NCBI RefSeq assembly: GCF_050920415.1
Contig: NZ_CP169309.1
Reading direction: 5' to 3' (one strand)
DNA: 64,000 bases
From: Escherichia coli
GTDB taxonomy: Bacteria > Pseudomonadota > Gammaproteobacteria > Enterobacterales > Enterobacteriaceae
A model generated the notes under the pieces. The model worked only from the letters and a program-made list of their open reading frames with translations, made no database searches and was not told the DNA's origin. This document shows positions 51,423 to 64,000 of this stretch, in pieces. Every line of letters begins with the position of its first letter. The first letter of the stretch is position 1. The position numbers and the translations under genes were made by a program.

Positions 51423-53813
51423 ATGGCAATTAACAATACCGGCTCGCGACGATTACTCGTCACGCTAACAGCCCTTTTTGCAGCGCTTTGCGGGCTGTAT
51501 CTACTCATTGGCGGAGGCTGGCTGGTCGCGATTGGCGGCTCCTGGTACTACCCTATCGCTGGCCTTGTGATGCTCGGCGTCGCCTGGATGCTGTGGCGCA
51601 GTAAACGCGCTGCGCTTTGGCTATACGCCGCCCTGCTGCTCGGCACCATGATTTGGGGCGTCTGGGAAGTGGGTTTCGACTTCTGGGCGCTGACTCCGCG
51701 CAGCGACATTCTGGTCTTCTTTGGTATCTGGCTGATCCTGCCGTTTGTCTGGCGTCGCCTGGTCATTCCTACCAGCGGCGCAGTTGCCGCACTGGTGGTG
51801 GCACTGCTGATTAGCGGTGGCATTCTGACCTGGGCCGGATTTAACGATCCGCAGGAAATCAACGGCACCTTAAGCGCCGATGCCACACCTGCCGAAGCTA
51901 TCTCCCCCGTTGCCGATCAGGACTGGCCTGCCTATGGTCGCAATCAGGAAGGTCAACGCTTTTCACCTCTGAAACAAATTAACGCTGATAACGTCCACAA
52001 GCTGAAAGAAGCCTGGGTGTTCCGTACTGGCGATGTGAAGCAGCCGAACGATCCGGGCGAAATCACCAATGAAGTGACGCCGATTAAAGTAGGCGACACG
52101 CTTTACCTGTGTACCGCTCACCAGCGTTTGTTTGCGCTCGATGCCGCCAGCGGCAAAGAGAAATGGCATTACGATCCTGAGCTGAAAACCAACGAGTCTT
52201 TCCAGCATGTAACCTGCCGTGGTGTCTCTTATCATGAAGCCAAAGCAGAAACTGCTTCGCCGGAAGTGATGGCGGATTGCCCGCGTCGTATCATTCTCCC
52301 GGTCAATGATGGCCGCCTGATTGCGATTAACGCTGAAAACGGCAAGCTGTGCGAAACCTTTGCCAATAAAGGCGTGCTCAATCTGCAAAGCAATATGCCG
52401 GACACCAAACCGGGTCTGTATGAGCCGACTTCACCACCGATTATCACTGATAAAACCATCGTGATGGCGGGTTCCGTCACTGATAACTTCTCAACCCGCG
52501 AAACGTCTGGCGTGATCCGTGGTTTTGATGTCATTACCGGGGAGCTGTTGTGGGCCTTTGATCCAGGCGCGAAAGATCCGAACGCGATCCCGTCTGACGA
52601 ACACACCTTTACCTTTAACTCGCCAAACTCGTGGGCACCTGCGGCCTATGACGCGAAGCTGGATCTGGTGTATCTGCCGATGGGCGTTACCACGCCAGAT
52701 ATCTGGGGCGGTAACCGCACCCCAGAACAGGAACGTTATGCCAGCTCAATTCTGGCGCTGAATGCCACTACCGGGAAACTGGCGTGGAGCTATCAGACCG
52801 TTCACCACGACCTGTGGGATATGGATCTTCCGGCACAGCCAACGCTGGCAGATATCACCGTTAATGGTCAAAAAGTTCCGGTTATTTACGCTCCAGCGAA
52901 AACCGGCAACATTTTTGTGCTTGATCGCCGCAATGGTGAACTGGTGGTTCCGGCCCCGGAAAAACCGGTGCCGCAAGGCGCAGCGAAAGGTGATTACGTT
53001 ACACCTACTCAACCGTTTTCTGAACTGAGCTTCCGCCCGACGAAAGATTTAAGCGGTGCGGATATGTGGGGCGCCACCATGTTTGACCAACTGGTGTGCC
53101 GCGTAATGTTCCACCAGATGCGTTATGAAGGTATTTTCACCCCGCCATCTGAACAGGGTACGCTGGTCTTCCCGGGTAATCTGGGGATGTTCGAATGGGG
53201 CGGAATTTCCGTTGATCCGAATCGTGAAGTGGCAATTGCCAACCCAATGGCGCTGCCGTTCGTTTCGAAACTGATCCCACGCGGTCCTGGCAACCCGATG
53301 GAACAGCCGAAAGATGCCAAAGGCACCGGTACAGAATCCGGCATTCAGCCACAGTACGGCGTACCGTATGGCGTTACGCTCAACCCGTTCCTTTCGCCGT
53401 TTGGTCTGCCGTGTAAACAGCCAGCATGGGGCTATATCTCGGCGTTGGATCTGAAAACCAACGAAGTGGTGTGGAAGAAACGCATTGGTACGCCGCAGGA
53501 CAGCATGCCGTTCCCGATGCCCATTCCGGTGCCGTTCAATATGGGTATGCCGATGCTGGGCGGGCCAATCTCCACGGCGGGTAACGTGCTGTTTATTGCC
53601 GCTACGGCAGATAACTACCTGCGCGCTTACAACATGAGCAACGGTGAAAAACTGTGGCAGGGCCGTTTACCGGCGGGTGGTCAGGCAACACCGATGACCT
53701 ATGAAGTGAATGGCAAGCAGTATGTGGTGATCTCCGCAGGCGGTCACGGTTCATTTGGTACGAAGATGGGCGACTATATTGTGGCTTATGCGTTGCCGGA
53801 TGATGTGAATTAA
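51423..53813 (+). CDS. gcd: PQQ-dependent membrane glucose dehydrogenase
   Basis: 796 aa from MAINNTGSRRLLVTLTALFAALCGLYLL...; N-terminal TM helices plus PQQ beta-propeller. Confidence 0.9.
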   Translation: MAINNTGSRRLLVTLTALFAALCGLYLLIGGGWLVAIGGSWYYPIAGLVMLGVAWMLWRSKRAALWLYAALLLGTMIWGVWEVGFDFWALTPRSDILVFFGIWLILPFVWRRLVIPTSGAVAALVVALLISGGILTWAGFNDPQEINGTLSADATPAEAISPVADQDWPAYGRNQEGQRFSPLKQINADNVHKLKEAWVFRTGDVKQPNDPGEITNEVTPIKVGDTLYLCTAHQRLFALDAASGKEKWHYDPELKTNESFQHVTCRGVSYHEAKAETASPEVMADCPRRIILPVNDGRLIAINAENGKLCETFANKGVLNLQSNMPDTKPGLYEPTSPPIITDKTIVMAGSVTDNFSTRETSGVIRGFDVITGELLWAFDPGAKDPNAIPSDEHTFTFNSPNSWAPAAYDAKLDLVYLPMGVTTPDIWGGNRTPEQERYASSILALNATTGKLAWSYQTVHHDLWDMDLPAQPTLADITVNGQKVPVIYAPAKTGNIFVLDRRNGELVVPAPEKPVPQGAAKGDYVTPTQPFSELSFRPTKDLSGADMWGATMFDQLVCRVMFHQMRYEGIFTPPSEQGTLVFPGNLGMFEWGGISVDPNREVAIANPMALPFVSKLIPRGPGNPMEQPKDAKGTGTESGIQPQYGVPYGVTLNPFLSPFGLPCKQPAWGYISALDLKTNEVVWKKRIGTPQDSMPFPMPIPVPFNMGMPMLGGPISTAGNVLFIAATADNYLRAYNMSNGEKLWQGRLPAGGQATPMTYEVNGKQYVVISAGGHGSFGTKMGDYIVAYALPDDVN

Positions 53814-53832
53814 GATTGACTCATATTGCTGA

Positions 53833-55227
<1,395 letters not shown>

Positions 55228-55292
55228 AGTTTTGCGTTTGTCAGCAGAATAATGCCCGGAGAGATCCGGGCATATTTCCGAATACGGTCTTT

Positions 55293-56843
55293 TTATACCG
55301 TAAACCCTAACATCATCCCCGTATCTTCATGCTCCAGCAGATGGCAGTGCGCCATATATGCATGTTCTTTCGGTGCGTCGTGATTAAACTTCACCAGGAC
55401 TTCGCTGACATTACCTTCTACCTTAACAGTATCTTTCCAGCCTGCGCGATGCGTCGCTGGCGGTTTGCCATTTTCTGACAAGATACGGAACTGCGTACCG
55501 TGGATATGGAACGGATGCAGCATCATGTCGCCCACGCCAGAGATAACCCAACGCTCGTACTGCCCTTTTGCTGCCGCAAACATCGGCTTATTCATATCAA
55601 ACGCCTGACCGTTGATTTTATTGGCATGGTGGAAATCGAACTTCCCGCCGTGGTTCATATGATTCATATTGCCGTGCCCCATATGGCCCATCATCTGGCT
55701 GTGATCCATCCCGGCCATCGCCTGATCGCCATATTTCTCCATCAGCATCTGCATCCCCATCATATCGAGCATCGGGTCCATAGAGAGTTGCAGCTTGCGT
55801 ACCGTCAGCCCTTCCAGCGAAGGTAATGCTGGCAGGCTACTTAACGCGTCAGGTAAGGCACCTGAAGCACTAATGGAAATCGGCTGGATCCGCATTACCG
55901 GATGCGGCTTGTCAAACGGTGCAATTGCCATTCCCATCTGGCTGACCGGTAGCGTCACCAGATCAAAGGGTTTGTTGTCGTTAACCTCCACCAGCACTTC
56001 GAAACGCTCGCCCATCAGCACCGGCAGCTCGCTCACCTTCACTGGTTCAGGTAGCAGACCACCGTCGCTGGCAATCACATACAGCGGGCGATTGTCACTG
56101 GTAGCGAAATTGAGCGAGCGGGCGTTACAGCCATTGAGCAAACGCAGGCGCAGCCAGCCGCGCGGGGCGGCGTGTTGCGGGTAGATAGCACCATTGGTCA
56201 GCAGCGTATCGCCAAACCAACCCACGGCAGCGGTCATCACATCCAGTTGATAATCAATCTGCCCGTCAGCGTTAAATTTTTTATCCTGCACGATCACCGG
56301 GACATCATCGATACCCCACTGTTTTGGCAGCATTAATTTTAGAATCTCGTCATCTTCAATCACTACCAGCCCCGCCAGCCCCATCGCCACCTGTCGCCCG
56401 GTTTTGCCATGTTGATGCGGATGGAACCAGCAGGTAGCGGCAGGTTGATCAACGTTCAACGTCACCGTACGCTTGCCACCTGGCGGAATAATTCCCTGCG
56501 GGCCGCCGTCGACTTCACCCGGTACTTCCAGCCCGTGCCAGTGCAACGTCGTTTCTTCCGTCAGTTGGTTATAGATATCAACCGTTACCGCTTTGCCGCG
56601 CTGTAATTTCACCGCCGGCCCCAGCAGATTGCCGTTATAGCCCCAGGTAGTTGCAGTTTTCTCGCCAAAGGTGGACTGACCTGCGCCAATAGTTAACTGA
56701 ATGCGATTACGGGCATCGGTCGTGAGCAAATCAGGGATCGGTAACGTTGGGCGTTCCGCCGCAAATACTGCGCGGCTCCACAGCGGCAAGGCTGAAGCTA
56801 CGCCCAGCGCAATGGAATATTTCAAGAAATCACGACGTTGCAT
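55293..56843 (-). CDS. cueO: multicopper oxidase (cuprous oxidase)
   Basis: 516 aa from [22 protein letters not shown] (Tat signal); Met/His-rich insert; copper-ligand motifs [18 protein letters not shown]. Confidence 0.93.
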   Translation of the reverse strand: MQRRDFLKYSIALGVASALPLWSRAVFAAERPTLPIPDLLTTDARNRIQLTIGAGQSTFGEKTATTWGYNGNLLGPAVKLQRGKAVTVDIYNQLTEETTLHWHGLEVPGEVDGGPQGIIPPGGKRTVTLNVDQPAATCWFHPHQHGKTGRQVAMGLAGLVVIEDDEILKLMLPKQWGIDDVPVIVQDKKFNADGQIDYQLDVMTAAVGWFGDTLLTNGAIYPQHAAPRGWLRLRLLNGCNARSLNFATSDNRPLYVIASDGGLLPEPVKVSELPVLMGERFEVLVEVNDNKPFDLVTLPVSQMGMAIAPFDKPHPVMRIQPISISASGALPDALSSLPALPSLEGLTVRKLQLSMDPMLDMMGMQMLMEKYGDQAMAGMDHSQMMGHMGHGNMNHMNHGGKFDFHHANKINGQAFDMNKPMFAAAKGQYERWVISGVGDMMLHPFHIHGTQFRILSENGKPPATHRAGWKDTVKVEGNVSEVLVKFNHDAPKEHAYMAHCHLLEHEDTGMMLGFTV

Positions 56844-56888
56844 AGTTATTTCCTTATTCTTAAGCAGGCGAAACAAAATCAAACGTTG

Positions 56889-56919
56889 AGCATAGTCCTT
56901 CCCCTTACGGGAAGGTCAA
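56889..56919 (-). promoter_or_regulatory. MerR-type (CueR-like) promoter/operator of cueO
   Basis: minus strand TTGACC - 19 bp spacer containing the dyad CCTTCCC-N5-GGGAAGG - TATGCT; the 19-bp spacer plus dyad is the MerR-family hallmark. Confidence 0.7.
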
Positions 56920-57008
56920 GCCGCAGACACAATTTAATCAACAATAATGGTCGTCGCCTCGCTCGCAGTGTGCTAACGTTTATCTTCTTTAAGCCCCTGG
57001 TAGAAGCA

Positions 57009-57356
57009 ATGAAGACGTTTTTCAGAACAGTGTTATTCGGCAGCTTGATGGCCGTCTGCGCAAACAGTTACGCGCTCAGCGAGTCTGAAGCCGAAGATAT
57101 GGCCGATTTAACGGCAGTTTTTGTCTTTCTGAAGAACGATTGTGGTTACCAGAACTTACCAAACGGGCAGATTCGTCGCGCACTGGTCTTTTTCGCCCAG
57201 CAAAACCAGTGGGATCTCAGCAACTACGATACCTTCGACATGAAAGCCCTCGGTGAAGACAGCTACCGCGATCTCAGCGGCATCGGCATTCCCGTCGCTA
57301 AAAAATGCAAAGCCCTGGCTCGCGATTCCTTAAGCCTGCTTGCCTACGTCAAATAA
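57009..57356 (+). CDS. yacC: secreted protein of unknown function (YacC family)
   Basis: 115 aa from MKTFFRTVLFGSLMAVCANSYA (signal peptide); longer track ORF overlaps the cueO promoter and is rejected. Confidence 0.85.
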   Translation: MKTFFRTVLFGSLMAVCANSYALSESEAEDMADLTAVFVFLKNDCGYQNLPNGQIRRALVFFAQQNQWDLSNYDTFDMKALGEDSYRDLSGIGIPVAKKCKALARDSLSLLAYVK

Positions 57357-57461
57357 TCCCTGATACCTTTTTGTAGAAATATTGACCGTGCATCCGCGGT
57401 CAATGTTAGCTATTATGTTGCGCCCTTTTTTTACGGGTGTTAACAAAGGAGGTATCAACCC

Positions 57462-58328
57462 ATGGCCGAAAAAAAACAGTGGCATGAAACGCTACACGAC
57501 CAGTTTGGGCAGTACTTTGCTGTAGATAACGTTCTGTATCATGAAAAGACCGCTCACCAGGATCTGATCATTTTTGAGAACGCCGCATTTGGTCGCGTAA
57601 TGGCGCTGGATGGCGTAGTACAAACCACCGAGCGCGACGAGTTTATCTATCATGAGATGATGACCCACGTTCCGCTATTAGCCCACGGTCACGCGAAACA
57701 TGTGCTGATTATCGGCGGCGGCGACGGTGCCATGCTGCGTGAAGTGACCCGACATAAAAACGTTGCGTCAATCACGATGGTGGAAATCGATGCGGGTGTC
57801 GTATCGTTCTGCCGTCAGTATCTGCCCAACCATAACGCCGGTAGCTACGACGATCCGCGCTTTAAACTGGTAATCGACGATGGCGTCAATTTCGTTAATC
57901 AAACCAGCCAGACCTTTGATGTTATTATCTCCGACTGCACCGATCCTATCGGTCCCGGCGAGAGTCTGTTCACCTCAGCATTTTATGAAGGCTGCAAACG
58001 TTGCCTGAATCCTGGCGGTATCTTCGTCGCACAAAACGGCGTCTGCTTTTTACAGCAGGAAGAGGCTATCGACAGCTATCGTAAACTCAGCCATTACTTC
58101 AGCGATGTTGGCTTTTATCAGGCGGCAATCCCGACCTATTACGGCGGCATCATGACCTTTGCATGGGCGACAGATAACGACGCCTTACGCCATCTCTCAA
58201 GCGAAATTATTCAGGCGCGTTTTCTCGCTTCTGGCCTGAAATGCCGTTATTACAATCCGGCAGTCCATACGGCAGCTTTTGCCTTACCTCAGTATCTGCA
58301 AGACGCACTGGCCTCACAGCCGTCCTAA
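57462..58328 (+). CDS. speE: spermidine synthase
   Basis: 288 aa [33 protein letters not shown]... Confidence 0.95.
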   Translation: MAEKKQWHETLHDQFGQYFAVDNVLYHEKTAHQDLIIFENAAFGRVMALDGVVQTTERDEFIYHEMMTHVPLLAHGHAKHVLIIGGGDGAMLREVTRHKNVASITMVEIDAGVVSFCRQYLPNHNAGSYDDPRFKLVIDDGVNFVNQTSQTFDVIISDCTDPIGPGESLFTSAFYEGCKRCLNPGGIFVAQNGVCFLQQEEAIDSYRKLSHYFSDVGFYQAAIPTYYGGIMTFAWATDNDALRHLSSEIIQARFLASGLKCRYYNPAVHTAAFALPQYLQDALASQPS

Positions 58329-58343
58329 GGAGAAGATAAGAAA

Positions 58344-59138
58344 TTGAAAAAACTGAAACTGCATGGCTTTAATAATCTGACCAAAAGTCTGAGTTTTTGT
58401 ATTTACGATATCTGCTATGCCAAAACAGCCGAAGAGCGCGACGGTTATATCGCTTATATCGATGAACTCTATAATGCCAATCGTCTGACCGAAATCCTGT
58501 CAGAAACCTGTTCCATTATCGGGGCCAATATTCTTAACATTGCCCGCCAGGATTACGAACCACAGGGTGCCAGCGTCACTATTCTGGTGAGTGAAGAACC
58601 GGTCGACCCGAAACTTATCGACAAAACAGAACACCCCGGCCCACTGCCAGAAACGGTCGTTGCCCATCTCGATAAAAGTCATATTTGCGTACATACCTAC
58701 CCGGAAAGCCATCCTGAAGGTGGTTTATGTACCTTCCGCGCCGATATTGAAGTCTCGACCTGCGGCGTGATTTCTCCGCTGAAGGCGCTGAATTACCTGA
58801 TCCACCAGCTTGAGTCCGATATCGTAACCATTGATTATCGCGTGCGCGGTTTTACCCGCGACATTAACGGTATGAAGCACTTTATCGACCATGAGATTAA
58901 TTCGATTCAGAACTTTATGTCCGAGGATATGAAGGCGCTGTATGACATGGTGGATGTGAACGTCTATCAGGAAAATATCTTCCATACAAAAATGTTGCTT
59001 AAAGAGTTCGACCTTAAGCACTACATGTTCCACACTAAACCGGAAGATTTAACCGACAGCGAGCGCCAGGAAATTACCGCTGCGCTGTGGAAAGAAATGC
59101 GCGAGATTTATTACGGGCGCAATATGCCAGCTGTTTAA
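58344..59138 (+). CDS. speD: S-adenosylmethionine decarboxylase proenzyme
   Basis: 264 aa; ORF begins at a TTG codon ([18 protein letters not shown]...); no in-frame ATG gives the full N-terminus. Confidence 0.9.
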   Translation: MKKLKLHGFNNLTKSLSFCIYDICYAKTAEERDGYIAYIDELYNANRLTEILSETCSIIGANILNIARQDYEPQGASVTILVSEEPVDPKLIDKTEHPGPLPETVVAHLDKSHICVHTYPESHPEGGLCTFRADIEVSTCGVISPLKALNYLIHQLESDIVTIDYRVRGFTRDINGMKHFIDHEINSIQNFMSEDMKALYDMVDVNVYQENIFHTKMLLKEFDLKHYMFHTKPEDLTDSERQEITAALWKEMREIYYGRNMPAV

Positions 59139-59142
59139 CGGC

Positions 59143-59177
59143 TCTGGCGGAGCTCGCAGGCTCCGCCAGATTTATCT
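59143..59177 (+). terminator. intrinsic terminator after speD
   Basis: TCTGGCGGAGC-TCGCAG-GCTCCGCCAGA stem followed by TTTATCT. Confidence 0.6.
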
Positions 59178-59538
59178 ACTTCTGCTGCACAAAATCGCGA
59201 TAAGCCGCCACTACCTGCAAGAAGTCCTCAACGCCGCACAGCGACAGGCTTTCCTCGTCGTAGTAGTTCATTCCCTCTTCCATTTCATCGCCAGCGAATT
59301 CCAGTTGATTGGCGCGAACCATTACCTCTTCACCGTCCATCCACAGGGTGTATTCATGCCCTGCCCGCTGCCAGGAACGTTCGCTGCCTTTGAGCGTGCG
59401 CGCGGCGTCTTCCACTTCATCAAGCAAGGCCAGGTTTTCTTTTACCTCTTCATTAAACCAGTGCCCGACCACCTCATGCCCCATGGACATGCGCACCTTT
59501 ACCACTCCGGTTACATCGCGCAGAAATTCATAATCCAT
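59176..59538 (-). CDS. yacL: UPF0231 family protein
   Basis: 120 aa from [22 protein letters not shown]...; longer track ORF rejected. Confidence 0.85.
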   Translation of the reverse strand: MDYEFLRDVTGVVKVRMSMGHEVVGHWFNEEVKENLALLDEVEDAARTLKGSERSWQRAGHEYTLWMDGEEVMVRANQLEFAGDEMEEGMNYYDEESLSLCGVEDFLQVVAAYRDFVQQK

Positions 59539-59641
59539 AGTGTGTTCCTCTGCTCCCGGCAATGCGCCGAAATCGCATTGCGCCATTGATTTAATTATCG
59601 CAGCCTTATCGGAGAAAAACAGCGGAACGGCGATGGTTTAG

Positions 59642-59680
59642 AAATAAAAAATGCCCGGGAATCTCATTCACCGGGCATTG
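59642..59680 (-). terminator. intrinsic terminator after acnB
   Basis: minus strand AATGCCCGG-loop-CCGGGCATT followed by TTTTTTATTT. Confidence 0.6.
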
Positions 59681-59712
59681 TCTCGTTTATGCGCAGCGGG
59701 TGCGCTTACTTA

Positions 59713-62310
59713 TTAAACCGCAGTCTGGAAAATCACCCCATCTGCTTTTTCGGTGTACTGAGAAAGCTGGTTGAAGTTCAGATAACGGTAAGTATCAACG
59801 GCTGTTTTATCTACCTGCGCCACGTAGGTCTGGTACTCTTCCGGCGTCGGCAGTTTGCCAATCAGCGCCGCAACAGCAGCCAGTTCCGCAGAAGCCAGGA
59901 AGACGTTCGCGCCAGTCCCCAGACGGTTCGGGAAGTTACGGGTAGAGGTGGAAACCACCGTCGCACCGTCTGCTACACGCGCCTGGTTACCCATACACAG
60001 GGAACAGCCAGGGATCTCGATACGCGCACCACTCTTACCGAAGACGCTGTAGTAGCCTTCTTCGGTCAACTGCGCGGCGTCCATACGCGTTGGCGGAGCC
60101 ACCCACAGACGGGTCGGCAGCTGACCTTTATGCGCATCCAGCAGTTTACCGGCGGCACGGAAGTGACCGATGTTGGTCATGCAAGAACCGATAAACACTT
60201 CGTCGATCTTCTCGCCCTGTACCGCAGACAGCGGACGTGCGTCGTCCGGGTCGTTCGGTGCACAGAGGATTGGCTCTTTGATATCAGCCAGATCGATGTC
60301 GATTACTGCTGCGTATTCTGCATCAGCATCGGCTTCCAGCAGCTCAGGATTCGCCAGCCATTTTTCCATGCCCTGAATACGGCGTTCCAGGGTACGACGA
60401 TCGCCGTAACCTTCCGCGATCATCCACTTCAGCAGGACGATGTTAGAGTTCAGGTATTCAATGATCGGCTCTTTGTTCAGCTTGATGGTACAACCGGCAG
60501 CAGAACGCTCGGCGGACGCATCGGTCAGCTCAAAGGCCTGCTCAACTTTCAGATCCGGCAGACCTTCAATTTCCAGAATGCGACCAGAGAAGATGTTTTT
60601 CTTGCCTTTCTTCTCAACAGTCAGCAGACCTTGTTTGATCGCATACAGCGGAATGGCGTGTACCAGATCGCGCAGGGTGATGCCCGGCTGCATTTTGCCT
60701 TTGAAGCGAACCAGAACGGATTCCGGCATATCCAGCGGCATTACGCCTGTTGCAGCTGCAAATGCCACCAGACCAGAGCCCGCCGGGAAAGAGATACCGA
60801 TCGGGAAACGGGTATGGGAGTCACCGCCAGTACCGACGGTATCCGGCAGCAGCATACGGTTCAGCCAGGAGTGGATTACGCCATCACCCGGACGCAGCGA
60901 CACACCGCCACGGTTCATGATAAAGTCCGGCAGCGTGTGGTGCGTGTTCACGTCAACTGGTTTCGGATACGCCGCGGTGTGGCAGAAAGACTGCATCACC
61001 AGATCAGCCGAGAAGCCCAGGCACGCCAGGTCTTTCAGTTCATCACGGGTCATCGGGCCGGTGGTGTCCTGAGAACCGACAGAGGTCATTTTCGGTTCGC
61101 AGTACGCACCCGGACGAATGCCTTTCACGCCGCAGGCACGACCGACCATTTTCTGCGCCAGCGAGAAGCCGCGATCGCTCTCAGCGACATCTTTCGCCTG
61201 ACGGAACACATCGCTGTGTGGCAGGCCGAGTGCTTCACGCGCTTTGGTGGTCAGGCCACGCCCGATAATCAGCGGAATACGACCGCCAGCACGCACTTCA
61301 TCAATCAGCACGTCGGTTTTCAGTTCGAAGGTTGCCAGCAGTTCGCCGGTTTCGTGGTTACGCACTTCACCTTTGTACGGGTAAACGTCAATCACGTCGC
61401 CCATGTTCAGGTTAGAGACGTCGACTTCGATTGGCAATGCACCCGCGTCTTCCATCGTGTTAAAGAAGATTGGTGCAATTTTACCACCGAGGCACAAACC
61501 ACCGCCGCGTTTGTTCGGTACATGAGGAATATCTTCACCCATAAACCACAGCACGGAGTTAGTCGCAGATTTACGCGAGGAACCGGTACCCACAACGTCA
61601 CCCACATAGGCCAGCGGGAAACCTTTCTGTTGCAGAGCTTCGATTTGCTTGATCGGACCAACAACACCCGGCTGATCTGGCTCGATGCCTTCACGCGCGT
61701 TTTTCAGCATCGCCAGCGCGTGCAGTGGGATATCCGGGCGCGACCACGCATCCGGTGCCGGAGAAAGGTCATCGGTGTTGGTTTCGCCAGTTACTTTGAA
61801 GACGGTAACGGTCAGTTTTTCAGCCAGCGCCGGGCGATTCAGGAACCATTCGGCATCCGCCCAGGACTGCATTACCTGCTTCGCATATTCGTTACCTGCT
61901 TTCGCTTTCTCTTCTACGTCATAGAAGTTATCGAACATCAGCAGCGTGTGAGAAAGTGCTTTGGCAGCGATCGGTGCCAGTTTGGCATCATCCAGCGCGT
62001 CGATCAGCGGATGAATATTATAACCACCCTGCATGGTGCCCAGCAGTTCGATGGCTTTTTCCGGAGTCAGCAGTGGGGATTTAGCTTCGCCTTTGGCGAC
62101 AGCAGCCAGGAAGCCTGCTTTGACATAGGCGGCTTCATCGACGCCAGGGGGAACACGGTTGGTTAACAGATCTAACAGGAATTCTTCTTCGCCCGCGGGC
62201 GGGTTTTTCAGCAGCTCTACAAGTGCGGCCATTTGGTTTGCATCCAGGGGTTTGGGCGCAATCCCCTCAGCGGCACGCTCAGCTACGTGCTTACGGTATT
62301 CTTCTAGCAC
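59713..62310 (-). CDS. acnB: aconitate hydratase B
   Basis: 865 aa assuming a GTG start ([22 protein letters not shown]...) preceded by a GAGGAG RBS; the track ORF extends 51 codons upstream. Confidence 0.93.
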   Translation of the reverse strand: MLEEYRKHVAERAAEGIAPKPLDANQMAALVELLKNPPAGEEEFLLDLLTNRVPPGVDEAAYVKAGFLAAVAKGEAKSPLLTPEKAIELLGTMQGGYNIHPLIDALDDAKLAPIAAKALSHTLLMFDNFYDVEEKAKAGNEYAKQVMQSWADAEWFLNRPALAEKLTVTVFKVTGETNTDDLSPAPDAWSRPDIPLHALAMLKNAREGIEPDQPGVVGPIKQIEALQQKGFPLAYVGDVVGTGSSRKSATNSVLWFMGEDIPHVPNKRGGGLCLGGKIAPIFFNTMEDAGALPIEVDVSNLNMGDVIDVYPYKGEVRNHETGELLATFELKTDVLIDEVRAGGRIPLIIGRGLTTKAREALGLPHSDVFRQAKDVAESDRGFSLAQKMVGRACGVKGIRPGAYCEPKMTSVGSQDTTGPMTRDELKDLACLGFSADLVMQSFCHTAAYPKPVDVNTHHTLPDFIMNRGGVSLRPGDGVIHSWLNRMLLPDTVGTGGDSHTRFPIGISFPAGSGLVAFAAATGVMPLDMPESVLVRFKGKMQPGITLRDLVHAIPLYAIKQGLLTVEKKGKKNIFSGRILEIEGLPDLKVEQAFELTDASAERSAAGCTIKLNKEPIIEYLNSNIVLLKWMIAEGYGDRRTLERRIQGMEKWLANPELLEADADAEYAAVIDIDLADIKEPILCAPNDPDDARPLSAVQGEKIDEVFIGSCMTNIGHFRAAGKLLDAHKGQLPTRLWVAPPTRMDAAQLTEEGYYSVFGKSGARIEIPGCSLCMGNQARVADGATVVSTSTRNFPNRLGTGANVFLASAELAAVAALIGKLPTPEEYQTYVAQVDKTAVDTYRYLNFNQLSQYTEKADGVIFQTAV

Positions 62311-62664
62311 GACGGTTCTCCTCGCTCTCATTGTCATAGTGCGGCAGGCGATTCTCTTCACGCTCCTGTGAGACAGCAGTTTGTAGGGTAAATGCCCAGT
62401 ACCGCAACGGGCAGAATAGCAGGATTTTGACGATGTGTTAATCTGTTTACAAAAAAGCAACATAAAAAAGTGGCTGAATCGTTAAGGATGGTCTAGAGAT
62501 TGTTTCCCTCCGTAAAAACTTCGTTAATTCGCATGGTGATAATCACCTTTCTCAACGAATCCCAAGATTAGTCAAAATTTAAACTACCGCCTCTTTATAC
62601 TCGGATTCACAGCACCTGCGGGTGGCAGTTCGCCGACCATTGCGATTTCCTTGAGATCCGAATT

Positions 62665-64000
62665 ATGAAAATGACTTTGCCGTTTAAACCCCATGTGCTG
62701 GCGCTAATTTGCAGTGCCGGGCTTTGTGCCGCCTCTGCAGGGCTATATATAAAAAGCCGCACAGTGGAAGCGCCTGTGGAAGCGCAATCGACACAACTGG
62801 CTGCGCCTGACATCACCGCAGTTACGCTTCCTGCAACGGTTTCCGCACCGCCCGTAACGCCCGCCGTCGTTAAAACCGCATTCAGCACTGCGCAAATAGA
62901 TCAATGGGTTGCACCTGTCGCGCTGTACCCCGACTCTTTGCTTTCACAAGTGTTAATGGCATCAACCTATCCGGCAAACGTTGCGCAAGCAGTGCAATGG
63001 TCGCACGATAATCCACTTAAACAAGGCGATGCTGCTATTCAGGCGGTATCTGACCAGCCGTGGGACGCCAGCGTCAAATCGCTGGTGGCTTTTCCGCAAT
63101 TGATGGCGTTAATGGGCGAAAACCCGCAATGGGTGCAAAACCTGGGCGATGCTTTTCTGGCGCAGCCGCAGGACGTGATGGACTCGGTACAGCGGTTGCG
63201 GCAACTGGCGCAACAAACCGGCTCGCTGAAGTCATCAACCGAACAGAAAGTTATTACCACAACGAAGAAAGCTATACCGGTAAAACAGACAGTCACGGCT
63301 CCCGTCATACCATCCAATACCGTTACAACTGCCAACCCTGTCATTACAGAGCCTGCAACAACCGTCATTTCCATTGAGCCCGCCAACCCTGATGTGGTCT
63401 ATATTCCCAACTACAACCCAACCGTGGTTTACGGGAACTGGGCCAATACTGCGTATCCGCCGGTTTATCTGCCACCACCAGCCGGAGAACCGTTTGTTGA
63501 CAGCTTTGTGCGCGGATTCGGCTATAGCATGGGCGTTGCTACTACATACGCACTATTCAGCAGCATCGACTGGGATGACGACGATCATGACCATCATCAT
63601 GACGATGATGATTATCACCACCACGATGGCGGTCATCGTGACGGTAATGGCTGGCAACACAACGGCGACAACATCAATATCAACGTCAACAATTTCAACC
63701 GTATCACCGGTGAGCATCTTACTGATAAGAATATGGCATGGCGGCACAATCCAAACTACCGTAATGGTGTGCCCTATCATGATCAGGATATGGCAAAGCG
63801 GTTTCACCAAACCGATGTCAACGGCGGCATGAGCGCCACGCAGTTACCTGCTCCAACACGCGACAGCCAGCGTCAGGCGGCAGCAAGTCAGTTTCAGCAA
63901 CGAACACACGCCACACCCGTCATTACGCGAGATACCCAACGTCAGGCAGCGGCACAGCGGTTTAATGAAGCTGAACACTATGGGAGCTATGACGACTTCC
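62665..64000 (+). CDS. yacH: DUF3300 family secreted protein, 3'-truncated by the window end
   Basis: open frame from ATG 62665 (MKMTLPFKPHVLALICSAGLCAAS...) with no stop to position 64000, which is why it is absent from the ORF track; contains an Asp/His-rich tract. Confidence 0.8.
   Translation, partial: MKMTLPFKPHVLALICSAGLCAASAGLYIKSRTVEAPVEAQSTQLAAPDITAVTLPATVSAPPVTPAVVKTAFSTAQIDQWVAPVALYPDSLLSQVLMASTYPANVAQAVQWSHDNPLKQGDAAIQAVSDQPWDASVKSLVAFPQLMALMGENPQWVQNLGDAFLAQPQDVMDSVQRLRQLAQQTGSLKSSTEQKVITTTKKAIPVKQTVTAPVIPSNTVTTANPVITEPATTVISIEPANPDVVYIPNYNPTVVYGNWANTAYPPVYLPPPAGEPFVDSFVRGFGYSMGVATTYALFSSIDWDDDDHDHHHDDDDYHHHDGGHRDGNGWQHNGDNININVNNFNRITGEHLTDKNMAWRHNPNYRNGVPYHDQDMAKRFHQTDVNGGMSATQLPAPTRDSQRQAAASQFQQRTHATPVITRDTQRQAAAQRFNEAEHYGSYDDF

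Noticed and set aside
59689-62166. 825 aa plus-strand ORF
   Set aside because: Entirely antisense to acnB; low-complexity Arg/Thr/Gln-rich translation typical of a shadow frame; acnB is unambiguously the real gene.

Overview
This 64 kb window is enterobacterial (Escherichia coli-type) core chromosome, reading pyrH-tsf-rpsB / map-glnD-dapD / degP-dgt / mtn-btuF / erpA-clcA / hemL / fhuBDCA / mrcB-hrpB / thpR-sfsA-dksA-gluQ-pcnB-folK / a seven-gene chaperone-usher fimbrial operon / panBC-panD / yadEIHG-can-hpt-gcd / cueO-yacC-speED-yacL-acnB-yacH. By gene order it is the reverse complement of the E. coli K-12 3-4 min region. The one clearly accessory insertion is a ~1.29 kb IS110-family (IS621-like) element sitting inside a REP sequence between gcd and cueO (53913-55202). 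Its left end encodes a ~175-nt structured non-coding RNA whose two internal loops match the flanking REP target and the element's own ends, which is the signature of a bridge (guide) RNA for RNA-directed recombination. The recombinase ORF behind it is broken twice in this sequence while the RNA gene looks intact. Other notable items are two ERIC-type palindromic repeats, REP clusters that are candidate secondary targets, a 505 bp AT-rich region upstream of the fimbrial operon, and several recognisable promoters, operators and terminators. No rRNA, tRNA or CRISPR array was found. All coordinates come from manual reading; starts were chosen by protein-length and N-terminus recall and were not searched against any database.
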